Shown in pieces: positions 36,893 through 45,141 of a stretch of 64,000 nucleotides of DNA; within the stretch, counting starts at the first letter, position 1, and every line of letters starts with the position of its first letter. A program made the translations under genes and the position numbers. The notes under the pieces were generated by a model. It was not told the DNA's origin. It was given only the letters and a program-made list of their open reading frames with translations, and ran no database searches. Source of the stretch: Candidatus Woesebacteria bacterium (GTDB lineage: Bacteria; Patescibacteriota; Microgenomatia; UBA8517); assembly GCA_013374855.1 (NCBI GenBank), contig CP055308.1:337833-401832 (forward strand), written 5' to 3'.

Positions 36893-39013
36893 TTGCAGAT
36901 GCCAAAAATTAAGAGATTGAAAAGAGCAAAGCAGAAGAAGTCTTTTGAATTTAAGTTAAAGAGAGCAACAGTTTACTCTATCGTTCAGCTTTTAATGTTT
37001 TCTTTTACAGTTCTTTTGATTATTTCTTTCTCTCGTCAGGGTAAGCTGTTGGTGATTGTGAACGATTTGTTGATGAATTATTTTTCTTGGACTTCAGTGT
37101 TTCTCCCATTTATTTTCTTAGTTATGGGGCTTTTATTCTCCCGCTTTAAGACCCCTCTTTCCCAGCCTAATGTAGTGGTAGGTTCTATTCTTTTTTTTAT
37201 TTCAATTATGGGTTTGACTAAAGCGGGGGTTTTAGGTAGGAGTCTTTGGGAGGGAATTGAGCTTTTGTTGACAAAGCCGGGAGCTTTTTTTTCTCTTCTA
37301 ACAGGTTCACTTGTTGGTTTAGTAGTTCTTCTTAACATTCCGTTTGAGGTAGCTTTGTCTTTTGTTTTAGATACTTTTAGAGTCCTAAGGGATTCTCTTT
37401 TTGGATCAAAGATAGGAGTGAAGAAGGGGTTATTAAATAAAAGGGGGAACATAAAAATTGGTGGTTTAGTACCCTCAGTCAATACAACCGCAAGTGCAGA
37501 AACAGTTCAAAGTCAGGGTGGTGCAATGTCTGGTTTGGGTTTAAGTTCCACGTCGGTTATAACAAATCAACCTGGAAGCAATGAACCTTGGAGATATCCT
37601 GACATTTCTATTTTTTCAACTACACAATCCGGTGTTGCTGATAGAGGAGATGTCAATGAAAATGCGGCTATTATAGAAAAAACATTGGATGATTTTGGTA
37701 TATATGCAAAAGTTGTTGAAGTTAATTATGGGCCAGCGGTTACCCAGTATGCCATTCAGGTTGCCTCCGGCACAAAGCTTTCAAAAATTACGGCACTAGA
37801 GCGAGATTTGGCTTTAGCTCTGGCCGCTCCGACAGGTACTATAAGAATCGAAGCACCCATTCCTGGCAAAAGCTTGGTTGGTATAGAACTTCCCAATCGC
37901 AAACCAGAGTTTGTTTCAATACGTCAGATGCTTGAATCTGATGTTATGGCAACAAACCCTTCCAAACTTTTGGTTGCATTAGGTCTTGATGTAACCGGTA
38001 AGCCTGTTGTAGCTGATTTGGGAAAGATGCCTCACGTTTTAATAGCAGGACAGACTGGTGCAGGTAAGTCAGTTTGTCTTAATACTTTTCTGGCATCTCT
38101 TCTTTTCCGATCATCTCCGTCTGAAGTAAAACTTGTGCTTGTAGATCCTAAAAGAGTCGAGATGGTCCACTATACAGGTATTCCTCATCTTTTAACGCCT
38201 GTAATCACTGATTATAACGAGGTTATTAATGTTTTGCGGTGGGTTGTAGACGAAATGGAAGCAAGGTACAAAAAGTTTGCTGAAGTGGGAGCCAGAAATA
38301 TTGATACCTACAACGAGATGTCTGGGTTCCAATCTATGCCATATATAGTAGTAGTGGTTGATGAGCTTGCTGAGATAATGCTTTTTTCACCGGTTGAGGT
38401 AGAAGAAAAAATTACAAGGATTGCCCAGAAGAGTCGTGCTACAGGAATTCATATGGTTCTTGCCACCCAGAGACCTTCGGTTAATGTTATTACCGGGCTT
38501 ATTAAGGCTAATATTCCCTGTCGTATAGCCTTTAAAGTTGCGTCGCAAGTTGACTCACGTGTTATTCTTGATCTACCTGGTGCAGAAAAACTTTTAGGTA
38601 GAGGAGATATGCTTTATTTGCCTCCAGATCAGGCAAAACCAATTCGTATTCAAGGTGCTTTTGTCTCCGATAAAGATATTCTTAATCTTACCTCTTACCT
38701 TAAAAATTTGGGTGTTACCCCTCAGTATGTAGAAGAAGCTACTAAAGCACCGGCAGGTGGAAGCTCAGTTAGTTTTCAGTCAGGGGGTAAGATGGACGAG
38801 AGATTTGCAGAAGCGGTGAGGCTTGTTTGCCAGTATGATAGGGCGTCAACTTCTTTATTACAGAGAAGAATGTCTATTGGTTATTCTAGGGCAGCCAAAA
38901 TTATTGATCAACTAGAAGAGGCGGGAGTGATTAGCTCACCTCAGGATGGTTCTAAAAGAGAAGTTTTAATAAGTGATGCTGAGGATTTTCTCTCATCTTT
39001 TGGTAAAATGTAG
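36893..39013 (+). CDS. ftsK: DNA translocase FtsK/SpoIIIE.
   Basis: The product has N-terminal TM helices, the motor domain VLIAGQTGAGKSVCLN...VVVDELAEIM...ATQRPSV, and a C-terminal gamma winged-helix (LLQRRMSIGYSRAAKIIDQLEEAGVIS). Confidence 0.9.
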   Translation: MQMPKIKRLKRAKQKKSFEFKLKRATVYSIVQLLMFSFTVLLIISFSRQGKLLVIVNDLLMNYFSWTSVFLPFIFLVMGLLFSRFKTPLSQPNVVVGSILFFISIMGLTKAGVLGRSLWEGIELLLTKPGAFFSLLTGSLVGLVVLLNIPFEVALSFVLDTFRVLRDSLFGSKIGVKKGLLNKRGNIKIGGLVPSVNTTASAETVQSQGGAMSGLGLSSTSVITNQPGSNEPWRYPDISIFSTTQSGVADRGDVNENAAIIEKTLDDFGIYAKVVEVNYGPAVTQYAIQVASGTKLSKITALERDLALALAAPTGTIRIEAPIPGKSLVGIELPNRKPEFVSIRQMLESDVMATNPSKLLVALGLDVTGKPVVADLGKMPHVLIAGQTGAGKSVCLNTFLASLLFRSSPSEVKLVLVDPKRVEMVHYTGIPHLLTPVITDYNEVINVLRWVVDEMEARYKKFAEVGARNIDTYNEMSGFQSMPYIVVVVDELAEIMLFSPVEVEEKITRIAQKSRATGIHMVLATQRPSVNVITGLIKANIPCRIAFKVASQVDSRVILDLPGAEKLLGRGDMLYLPPDQAKPIRIQGAFVSDKDILNLTSYLKNLGVTPQYVEEATKAPAGGSSVSFQSGGKMDERFAEAVRLVCQYDRASTSLLQRRMSIGYSRAAKIIDQLEEAGVISSPQDGSKREVLISDAEDFLSSFGKM

Positions 39014-39018
39014 CTTCT

Positions 39019-39654
39019 ATGCAGACAATAGGAAGTTTTCTTAAAAAAGAAAGAATATCTCGTAAAGTTTCTCTTGAGGATTTGGAGAGAAAAACTAGAA
39101 TTAGAAAGGAAATCCTAGAGTTGATAGAAAAGGAAAAATGGGATTCTTTGCCTGAATACCCAGTTGTTTTAGGTTTTGTAAAGAATATTTCCAAGAGTCT
39201 AAAGCTAGAAGTAAATAAAGCTGTTGCGCTTTTAAGAAGAGACTATCCCCCTAAGATAATTTCTTTAAAAAAGCAGGAACCGGTCGTTTCTTTAAAGAAA
39301 GGTTTTATTTGGGGTCCTAAAACAACTTTTATTTTTGTGTCAGTTTTGGTTGGAGTTTTAATATTATCTTACATATTATACCAATTGAGATTATTTTATA
39401 GCCCACCCTATTTGGAAATTTATACTCCAAAAGATGGACAGGTCTTGAATATTAGTGAAGTTGAAGTTACTGGTAAGGCTAATCCTCAAGCTACTGTGGA
39501 AGTGAATGATTTCCCTGTTGAATTATCGAAGGATGGTTATTTTAGATTTGGGTTATCTTTGGAAGAGGGAAATCAGGTCATAACTGTAAGAGCTAAATCA
39601 AGATCAGGAAAAGTTAAGGAAGTTATTCGAAGTGTGATTGTAGAACGAAAATAG
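39019..39654 (+). CDS. RodZ-like protein: an N-terminal XRE-type HTH, a single TM and an extracytoplasmic domain.
   Basis: The product reads FLKKERISRKVSLEDLERKTRIRKEILELIE, has one TM (FIFVSVLVGVLILSYILYQL) and a C-terminal beta-rich domain. Confidence 0.5.
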   Translation: MQTIGSFLKKERISRKVSLEDLERKTRIRKEILELIEKEKWDSLPEYPVVLGFVKNISKSLKLEVNKAVALLRRDYPPKIISLKKQEPVVSLKKGFIWGPKTTFIFVSVLVGVLILSYILYQLRLFYSPPYLEIYTPKDGQVLNISEVEVTGKANPQATVEVNDFPVELSKDGYFRFGLSLEEGNQVITVRAKSRSGKVKEVIRSVIVERK

Positions 39655-39668
39655 GATTTTATTAATTT

Positions 39669-39905
39669 ATGGATACCGCTCAAAAGGTTCTTACATTTGT
39701 GGCAATTTCTCTAACTGTTCTTTTTTTGGTGGTTGGACTGCAAGTTTTTTTGATAATTCTTGATTTAAGAAAAGCAATCAAGCGACTAAATGCAATTCTT
39801 GAAGATGCAATTTTGGGTGGTGGTTTGATAAGACCGGATAAACTTACAGGAGTTTTGGAAATGTTGAGGAAAAGTAAGAAAATAGAGTCACATGGAGAGA
39901 TTTGA
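39669..39905 (+). CDS. Hypothetical small membrane protein.
   Basis: A 78-aa ORF with one TM. It has a weak RBS and fills the rodZ-like to alaS gap. Confidence 0.35.
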   Translation: MDTAQKVLTFVAISLTVLFLVVGLQVFLIILDLRKAIKRLNAILEDAILGGGLIRPDKLTGVLEMLRKSKKIESHGEI

Positions 39906-39908
39906 TTT

Positions 39909-41720
39909 ATGATAACAACTGACGAAATTAGAGAAAAATACTTGAACTTTTTTAAAGAGAAGTCTCATTATGAGATACCAGCTTCTCCTCTTGTGCTTGA
40001 GGGAGATCCTACTACTCTTTTTACTTCTGCTGGAATGCAACCTTTGATACCTTACCTTAAAGGGGAACCTCATCCTAAAGGAAGGAGACTTTGCAATTCT
40101 CAGCCTTCCATCAGGCTTCAGGATATTGATGAGGTGGGTGACAATCGACATACCACCTTTTTTGAAATGCTTGGCAATTGGAGTTTGGGTGATTACTTTA
40201 AGAAGGAACAATTGGCTTGGTTTTGGGAATTTTTAACAGATATTCTTTCTCTCCCAAAGGATAAGCTTTATGTTTCTATCTTTGAAGGATTGAAAGATGA
40301 AAGGGGAAAAGTTGTTGTTCCCAAAGACGAGGAGTCTTACAAAGTCTGGCTTTCTTTGGGGGTGCCAGAAGAGAGAATATTTTTCTATGGATCAGAAAAA
40401 AATTGGTGGAGCAGATCGGGCGAGCCTATCTCTATGCCTGAAGGTGAAATAGGAGGGCCGGATTCTGAAGTATTCTATGATTTTGGTAAGCCGAGGCATG
40501 AAGGGTGTCATCCAAATTGCGATTGTGGCAGGTTTTTGGAAATAGGAAACTCTGTTTTTATGGAGTATGAGAAAAAAAATGGCAAGCTTGTTTTTTTGCC
40601 TGAGAAAAATGTGGATTTTGGTGGAGGGTTGGAGAGGCTTTCGATGGCAGCGAATAACATAGAAGATATTTTCTTGACCGATCCCTATTTAGGTGTAGTG
40701 CGTGCATTGGAGGGAATATCGGGCATAAAATATGATGACAATAATAGAAATAGGAGTTTTAGGGTAATTGCAGATCATCTGCGAGCATCAGTTAATATAT
40801 TATCTGAAGGTATCTATCCTTCAAACAAACTTCATGGATATGTTTTGAGGAGGCTTTTGAGAAGGTCGTTTTTGCATTTTTATTTCCTTTGTGGTTTTTC
40901 GGACTGGAAGTTGGACGAGATTGTCTTAACTTTGGAAAGTAATGAGAAGATAAAGAAGAATATTGAATTTGTTCAGGAATTGATTAAGGAGGAGGAATTG
41001 AAATTCAGAAGAATCTTGGATAGGGGGATAAAAATTATAGAAAAGGCAGTAAGGGATGGTGTAAAGATAGATGGCAAATTTGCTTTTGATCTTTATCAAA
41101 ATGAGGGTTTTCCTTGGGAGCTAACTTTGGAAATATCTCAAGAAAAGGGTTTGAATTTGGTTAGCGATGTTAAAGATCAATTCAAAAAGGAATTTGAGAA
41201 GCATCAAGAAATTTCAAGAAAGGCTTCTGTCGGTGTTTTTAAAGGAGGTTTGGCAGATCATTCATATGAGGTTGTAAAATTACACACTGCTACCCATCTT
41301 TTACACTCGGCATTAAGAAAAGTTTTGGGAGACTCTGTTTCGCAGAAGGGGTCGAATATTACTTCAGAAAGACTGCGATTTGATTTTTCTTTTCCTAGAA
41401 AACTTAGCGATGAAGAAATAAGGAAAGTTGAAACCTTGGTAAATAAAGTAATAACAGATAAGCTTCCTGTTTCTTGGGAAGAGAAGAAATTGGAAGATGC
41501 TATAGAGGAGGGAGCTCTTCATTTTTTTGCAGAAAAGTATGGAGATGTAGTTAAGGTTTACACAGTGGGTGATCCAAAGGGTGGGTATTTTTCTAAGGAG
41601 GTTTGTGGGGGGCCTCATGTAAAAAACACTTCAGAGTTGGGGTATGTTAGAATAATTAAACAAGAGAAGTTGGGGCAGACAGCTGTTCGTATTTATGCTG
41701 TAAATGAAGAAAAAAAGTAG
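39909..41720 (+). CDS. alaS: Alanine--tRNA ligase, a compact form (catalytic, tRNA-recognition and editing HxxxH domains; no C-Ala domain).
   Basis: The product reads DPTTLFTSAGMQPLIPYL...RHTTFFEMLGNWSLGDYFK and HTATHLLHSALRKVLG. It is 603 aa. Confidence 0.9.
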   Translation: MITTDEIREKYLNFFKEKSHYEIPASPLVLEGDPTTLFTSAGMQPLIPYLKGEPHPKGRRLCNSQPSIRLQDIDEVGDNRHTTFFEMLGNWSLGDYFKKEQLAWFWEFLTDILSLPKDKLYVSIFEGLKDERGKVVVPKDEESYKVWLSLGVPEERIFFYGSEKNWWSRSGEPISMPEGEIGGPDSEVFYDFGKPRHEGCHPNCDCGRFLEIGNSVFMEYEKKNGKLVFLPEKNVDFGGGLERLSMAANNIEDIFLTDPYLGVVRALEGISGIKYDDNNRNRSFRVIADHLRASVNILSEGIYPSNKLHGYVLRRLLRRSFLHFYFLCGFSDWKLDEIVLTLESNEKIKKNIEFVQELIKEEELKFRRILDRGIKIIEKAVRDGVKIDGKFAFDLYQNEGFPWELTLEISQEKGLNLVSDVKDQFKKEFEKHQEISRKASVGVFKGGLADHSYEVVKLHTATHLLHSALRKVLGDSVSQKGSNITSERLRFDFSFPRKLSDEEIRKVETLVNKVITDKLPVSWEEKKLEDAIEEGALHFFAEKYGDVVKVYTVGDPKGGYFSKEVCGGPHVKNTSELGYVRIIKQEKLGQTAVRIYAVNEEKK

Positions 41721-43991
41721 ATGGATCTAAAAAGATTTGTGTCTCCCAAAAAGGAAGTTGAAGAGAAGTACTGGTCTGTCGTTATAGAGCCGGATTGGGT
41801 TCAAAGTGGAATCTGGATTGCTCAAGACGGCAAAGTGGAAGTGCTTTCTTTTAGCAAACCTTTGCCATGGAGCGGCGAGGAAAATCTGGTAGATGTAGTT
41901 GATTCTTCCCTTTCGGTTTCTGTTGGTAATTTGGCAGAAGATGATTTGGAAATATCGAAAACTGTTTTTGGGCTTTCGTCGTCTTGGGTAACTCCTGATG
42001 GAGGAATCAAACAAGAATATCAAGACCTAATTAAGAATGTTTGTCAGGAGCTGTCTCTAAAGCCTGTGGGCTTTGTGGTTTTAAGTGAAGCTTTAGCTTT
42101 TTATTTTAAGTCAGAAGAGAAAGTTCCACTTAATGCTATTATTGTTGGTTTGGGAGAGAAAAATGTGTCTGTTTCTCTTTTTATTGAAGGGGTGAACAAG
42201 GGTGAGGTAATAGTCTCTAGAAGTCTCTCGGTAACTGACGATATTGCTGAAGGCCTTTCTCGGTTCTTGCAAGTTTCCTCTTTTCCTCCAAGAATTCTCC
42301 TTTTTAATGGTCGTGAGGGAGAGTTAGAAGATGTGTTGCAAGAGATAACATCAGTTGATTGGTCTGGGTTTGAGGGAATTAGTTTTTTGCATCTTCCCAA
42401 GGTAGAGGTAATTGATCTTGAAGAGAAAATAAAAGCGGTTTCGCTTGCTGGGGGAGTTGAGCTTTTGGGGGCAACTTCTGTGTTAATAAAAGAAGCAGGA
42501 AAAGAAGTTTCTTTTGATGTTGAGAAGGAAATAGGTTTGGCGGAAAGCAAGGAAACTGATGATTCTGGTTATCAGGATGAGAAGTCTTTGCAGGGGGATA
42601 ATTTTTCTTCTGTTGAAGGTGATGTTGGGTTTGTGGTTGATAAAGACATAAAAGAGATTGGAGAGAAGGTGATAGGGAAACAAATTTCTCGGGATGGTTT
42701 TAAGGAAAATTTTAAAGAAATTGATGGTGGTTTTGAAGAAGGTTTTCAGCCAGTTAGAACTGAATTGCCAGGAGGAGATATGTTTGAAAAAAATCTTGGT
42801 AAGAGAGGATTTATATTTCGGAATATTTTTAAAAAACAACTTTCATCTATTTCACTTTTTTCTTATAAAACACCAATCTTGGTTGGTATTGTTACTTTCA
42901 TACTGGTTTTTCTGGGTTTTTTTGTGGCGTGGTGGTTTTTACCGAAAGCTTCGGTTATAGTCTATCTTTCGCCTAAAAAGATAGAAAGTAAACAAGAGGT
43001 TGTTTTTGATGCAACAGCCAAGGATGTTGATTTGAGGGCAAAAACTATTCCTTCCAATTTAATCAAAAGAGAACAATCGGGAGAAAAGACAATACCAACC
43101 TCAGGTACAAAGCTAACGGGCGAGAAAGCAAAGGGTAAGATTGTGATATATCGAACCGGTTCTCAGTTGTCTTTAGATAAGGGAACGAAAGTCCAGAATT
43201 CATCAGGGCTTACCTTTGTTTTGGATGAAGATGTTACAGTTGCAAGCGGAAGCGCATCTTCACCAGCAAAAACAGAAGCTCAAGTAACGGCTGCAGATAT
43301 TGGGTCGGAATATAATCTAGCTTCCGGTGAATCCTTTACCATTGGCAATTATCCCTCGAGTGAGATTGAAGCCAAAAATGAAGAGTCTTTTAGTGGTGGT
43401 TCAAGTAGAGAAATTAGCTCTGTATCCTCTGCCGATTATGATAATGTGCTTTCTGAATTAAAGAAGGAGCTGAGAGACAAGGCAATTTCTGCTATTAAGA
43501 GTTCGCTTTCTTCAGATGATTATTTGATAGAAGAAACTTTAATTGAGAATGAAAAGCAGAAAGTTTATGATCATAAGATAGGTGACGAAGCAACTAGCCT
43601 AAAACTTAGCTTAACAATGGAGTTTTCTGCTTTTTCTTTCAAGAAGTATGATATGTTTGAATTTTCAAAGGAAATCTTGAAGGATCAAATTACTTCTGGA
43701 TATGTGTTAAGGGAAGGACAGTTGTCTTTAGGTTTTGATGTCAAAGAGATTAAAAATGATAAGGCTTTTATCTTGGCTTCATTTTCTGCAAATTTGTTAC
43801 CCGCTATTGACGCTGATCAAATAAAGAAAAAAATTGTGGGAAGAAAAATTAAGTTTGTTGAAGATTATTTAATAAAAGAGTCGGGTTACGAAAAGGTTAA
43901 GATTGATATTGTTCCTGGTATTTTTAACAGATTTGGGTTTCTACCCCATGTCTCAAATAATATAGAAGTTGGATTTGAATCCTCGCGTTAG
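41721..43991 (+). CDS. Fusion protein: an N-terminal cytoplasmic FtsA/PilM-like actin-fold domain, a central TM, and a ~350-aa extracytoplasmic domain of unknown function.
   Basis: The N-terminus (YWSVVIEPDWVQSGIWIAQDGKVEVLSFSKPLPW...KPVGFVVLSEALAFYF...AIIVGLGEKNVSVSLFIEGV) follows the SHS2/actin-like pattern of PilM/FtsA. The TM is TPILVGIVTFILVFLGFFVAWWFL, and a Ser/Lys-rich ectodomain follows. Confidence 0.55.
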   Translation: MDLKRFVSPKKEVEEKYWSVVIEPDWVQSGIWIAQDGKVEVLSFSKPLPWSGEENLVDVVDSSLSVSVGNLAEDDLEISKTVFGLSSSWVTPDGGIKQEYQDLIKNVCQELSLKPVGFVVLSEALAFYFKSEEKVPLNAIIVGLGEKNVSVSLFIEGVNKGEVIVSRSLSVTDDIAEGLSRFLQVSSFPPRILLFNGREGELEDVLQEITSVDWSGFEGISFLHLPKVEVIDLEEKIKAVSLAGGVELLGATSVLIKEAGKEVSFDVEKEIGLAESKETDDSGYQDEKSLQGDNFSSVEGDVGFVVDKDIKEIGEKVIGKQISRDGFKENFKEIDGGFEEGFQPVRTELPGGDMFEKNLGKRGFIFRNIFKKQLSSISLFSYKTPILVGIVTFILVFLGFFVAWWFLPKASVIVYLSPKKIESKQEVVFDATAKDVDLRAKTIPSNLIKREQSGEKTIPTSGTKLTGEKAKGKIVIYRTGSQLSLDKGTKVQNSSGLTFVLDEDVTVASGSASSPAKTEAQVTAADIGSEYNLASGESFTIGNYPSSEIEAKNEESFSGGSSREISSVSSADYDNVLSELKKELRDKAISAIKSSLSSDDYLIEETLIENEKQKVYDHKIGDEATSLKLSLTMEFSAFSFKKYDMFEFSKEILKDQITSGYVLREGQLSLGFDVKEIKNDKAFILASFSANLLPAIDADQIKKKIVGRKIKFVEDYLIKESGYEKVKIDIVPGIFNRFGFLPHVSNNIEVGFESSR

Positions 43992-44033
43992 TCTGATTTT
44001 GAAAAAATATTTGTTTTTGTTTAATATGTTTTT

Positions 44034-44744
44034 GTGATTGATATGAACTTACCCAAGAAAACTTTATTAAGACTTGTTTTTTCTTTTTTGCTTGGTCTAG
44101 TTGGAGTTTTGATATTGGGTTTCACTCTATATCCTATAATTTCTTATGAATTAAATAATAGGAGCAGTCTATCTGGTTTATTATCTCCTGTGGTAGAGGA
44201 GGATGTGGATATCTTTTATGAAAAGGATTACACAAAGGCAAGTAACTGGTTTGTAGGTGGAGCGAAGATAGAGGATTTTTCTTTGCCTAAAGTAGCTTTT
44301 TATAATCTATCTATCCCGAAGCTTAGGATTGAGGATGCAGTTGTTGCAATAGGAGGAGAGGATCTTAATGAGCACCTAATCCAATATCCGGGTACTGCTT
44401 TGCCTGGGCAAGTTGGGAATGCGGTTATATTTGGTCACTCAATTTTACCCCGTTTTTATGATCCTAAAAATTACATTTCTATCTTCTCGCTCTTACCTAC
44501 TCTTGAAAAGGGAGATTCTATTTTTGTTGTTTATGATGGTATCGAATATTTGTATAAGGTTGAGGATATGTTTGAGGTCACCCCAAACGATATTCAAGTC
44601 TTGGAGCAAAATCGTTCTGACTCTTATCTTACGCTTGTAACCTGCACTCCACCTGGAGATCCTCGAAAGCCAAAAAGGCTGATTGTAAGAGCAAAGATAG
44701 TTTCCAATCAAGCGAATAAGCAGACAGAGAATCTTAACATATGA
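44034..44744 (+). CDS. Sortase (transpeptidase) with an N-terminal membrane anchor.
   Basis: The product has the catalytic His (NAVIFGHSI), the TLxTC Cys motif (YLTLVTCTPPG) and a downstream conserved Arg (PKRLIVRA), after an N-terminal TM. Confidence 0.85.
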   Translation: MIDMNLPKKTLLRLVFSFLLGLVGVLILGFTLYPIISYELNNRSSLSGLLSPVVEEDVDIFYEKDYTKASNWFVGGAKIEDFSLPKVAFYNLSIPKLRIEDAVVAIGGEDLNEHLIQYPGTALPGQVGNAVIFGHSILPRFYDPKNYISIFSLLPTLEKGDSIFVVYDGIEYLYKVEDMFEVTPNDIQVLEQNRSDSYLTLVTCTPPGDPRKPKRLIVRAKIVSNQANKQTENLNI

Positions 44745-45121
44745 GGACTTTGGGCATTGATTTTGGTAAATCGAAGGTAGGACTGGCAATTTGCGAAGTA
44801 GACTTGCCTTATCCATTTGGGGTTTTGAAGTTCAGGAATGAAGAGGATTTGTTGGAGAAAATATTAAAGATTGTAGAAGAGGAAAAAATAGAAAGAGTGG
44901 TTGTTGGTGTTTCTGAGGGTAAGATGGGAGAGGAAGCATCCATTTTTGCCGATAAGCTAAAGGAGAGTCTTTCGGTTCCTGTTGTGTTGCAAGATGAGAC
45001 GTTGACGACACATGATGCTAAATATCTTTCTATAGAGGCAGGGATTAGCAGGAAGAAAAGGAAGAAAATGGAAGATGCTTATGCTGCTTGTTTGATTCTG
45101 GAAAAATATTTAAGATCTTGA
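44741..45121 (+). CDS. ruvX: Putative pre-16S rRNA nuclease / Holliday-junction resolvase-like YqgF (RuvX).
   Basis: The product reads MRTLGIDFGKSKVGLAICE...VVVGVSEG...LQDETLTTHDA and belongs to the YqgF/RNase H-like family. Its start overlaps the sortase stop. Confidence 0.85.
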   Translation: MRTLGIDFGKSKVGLAICEVDLPYPFGVLKFRNEEDLLEKILKIVEEEKIERVVVGVSEGKMGEEASIFADKLKESLSVPVVLQDETLTTHDAKYLSIEAGISRKKRKKMEDAYAACLILEKYLRS

Positions 45122-45141
45122 TGGCTGAGTTTTAGTCTTAT

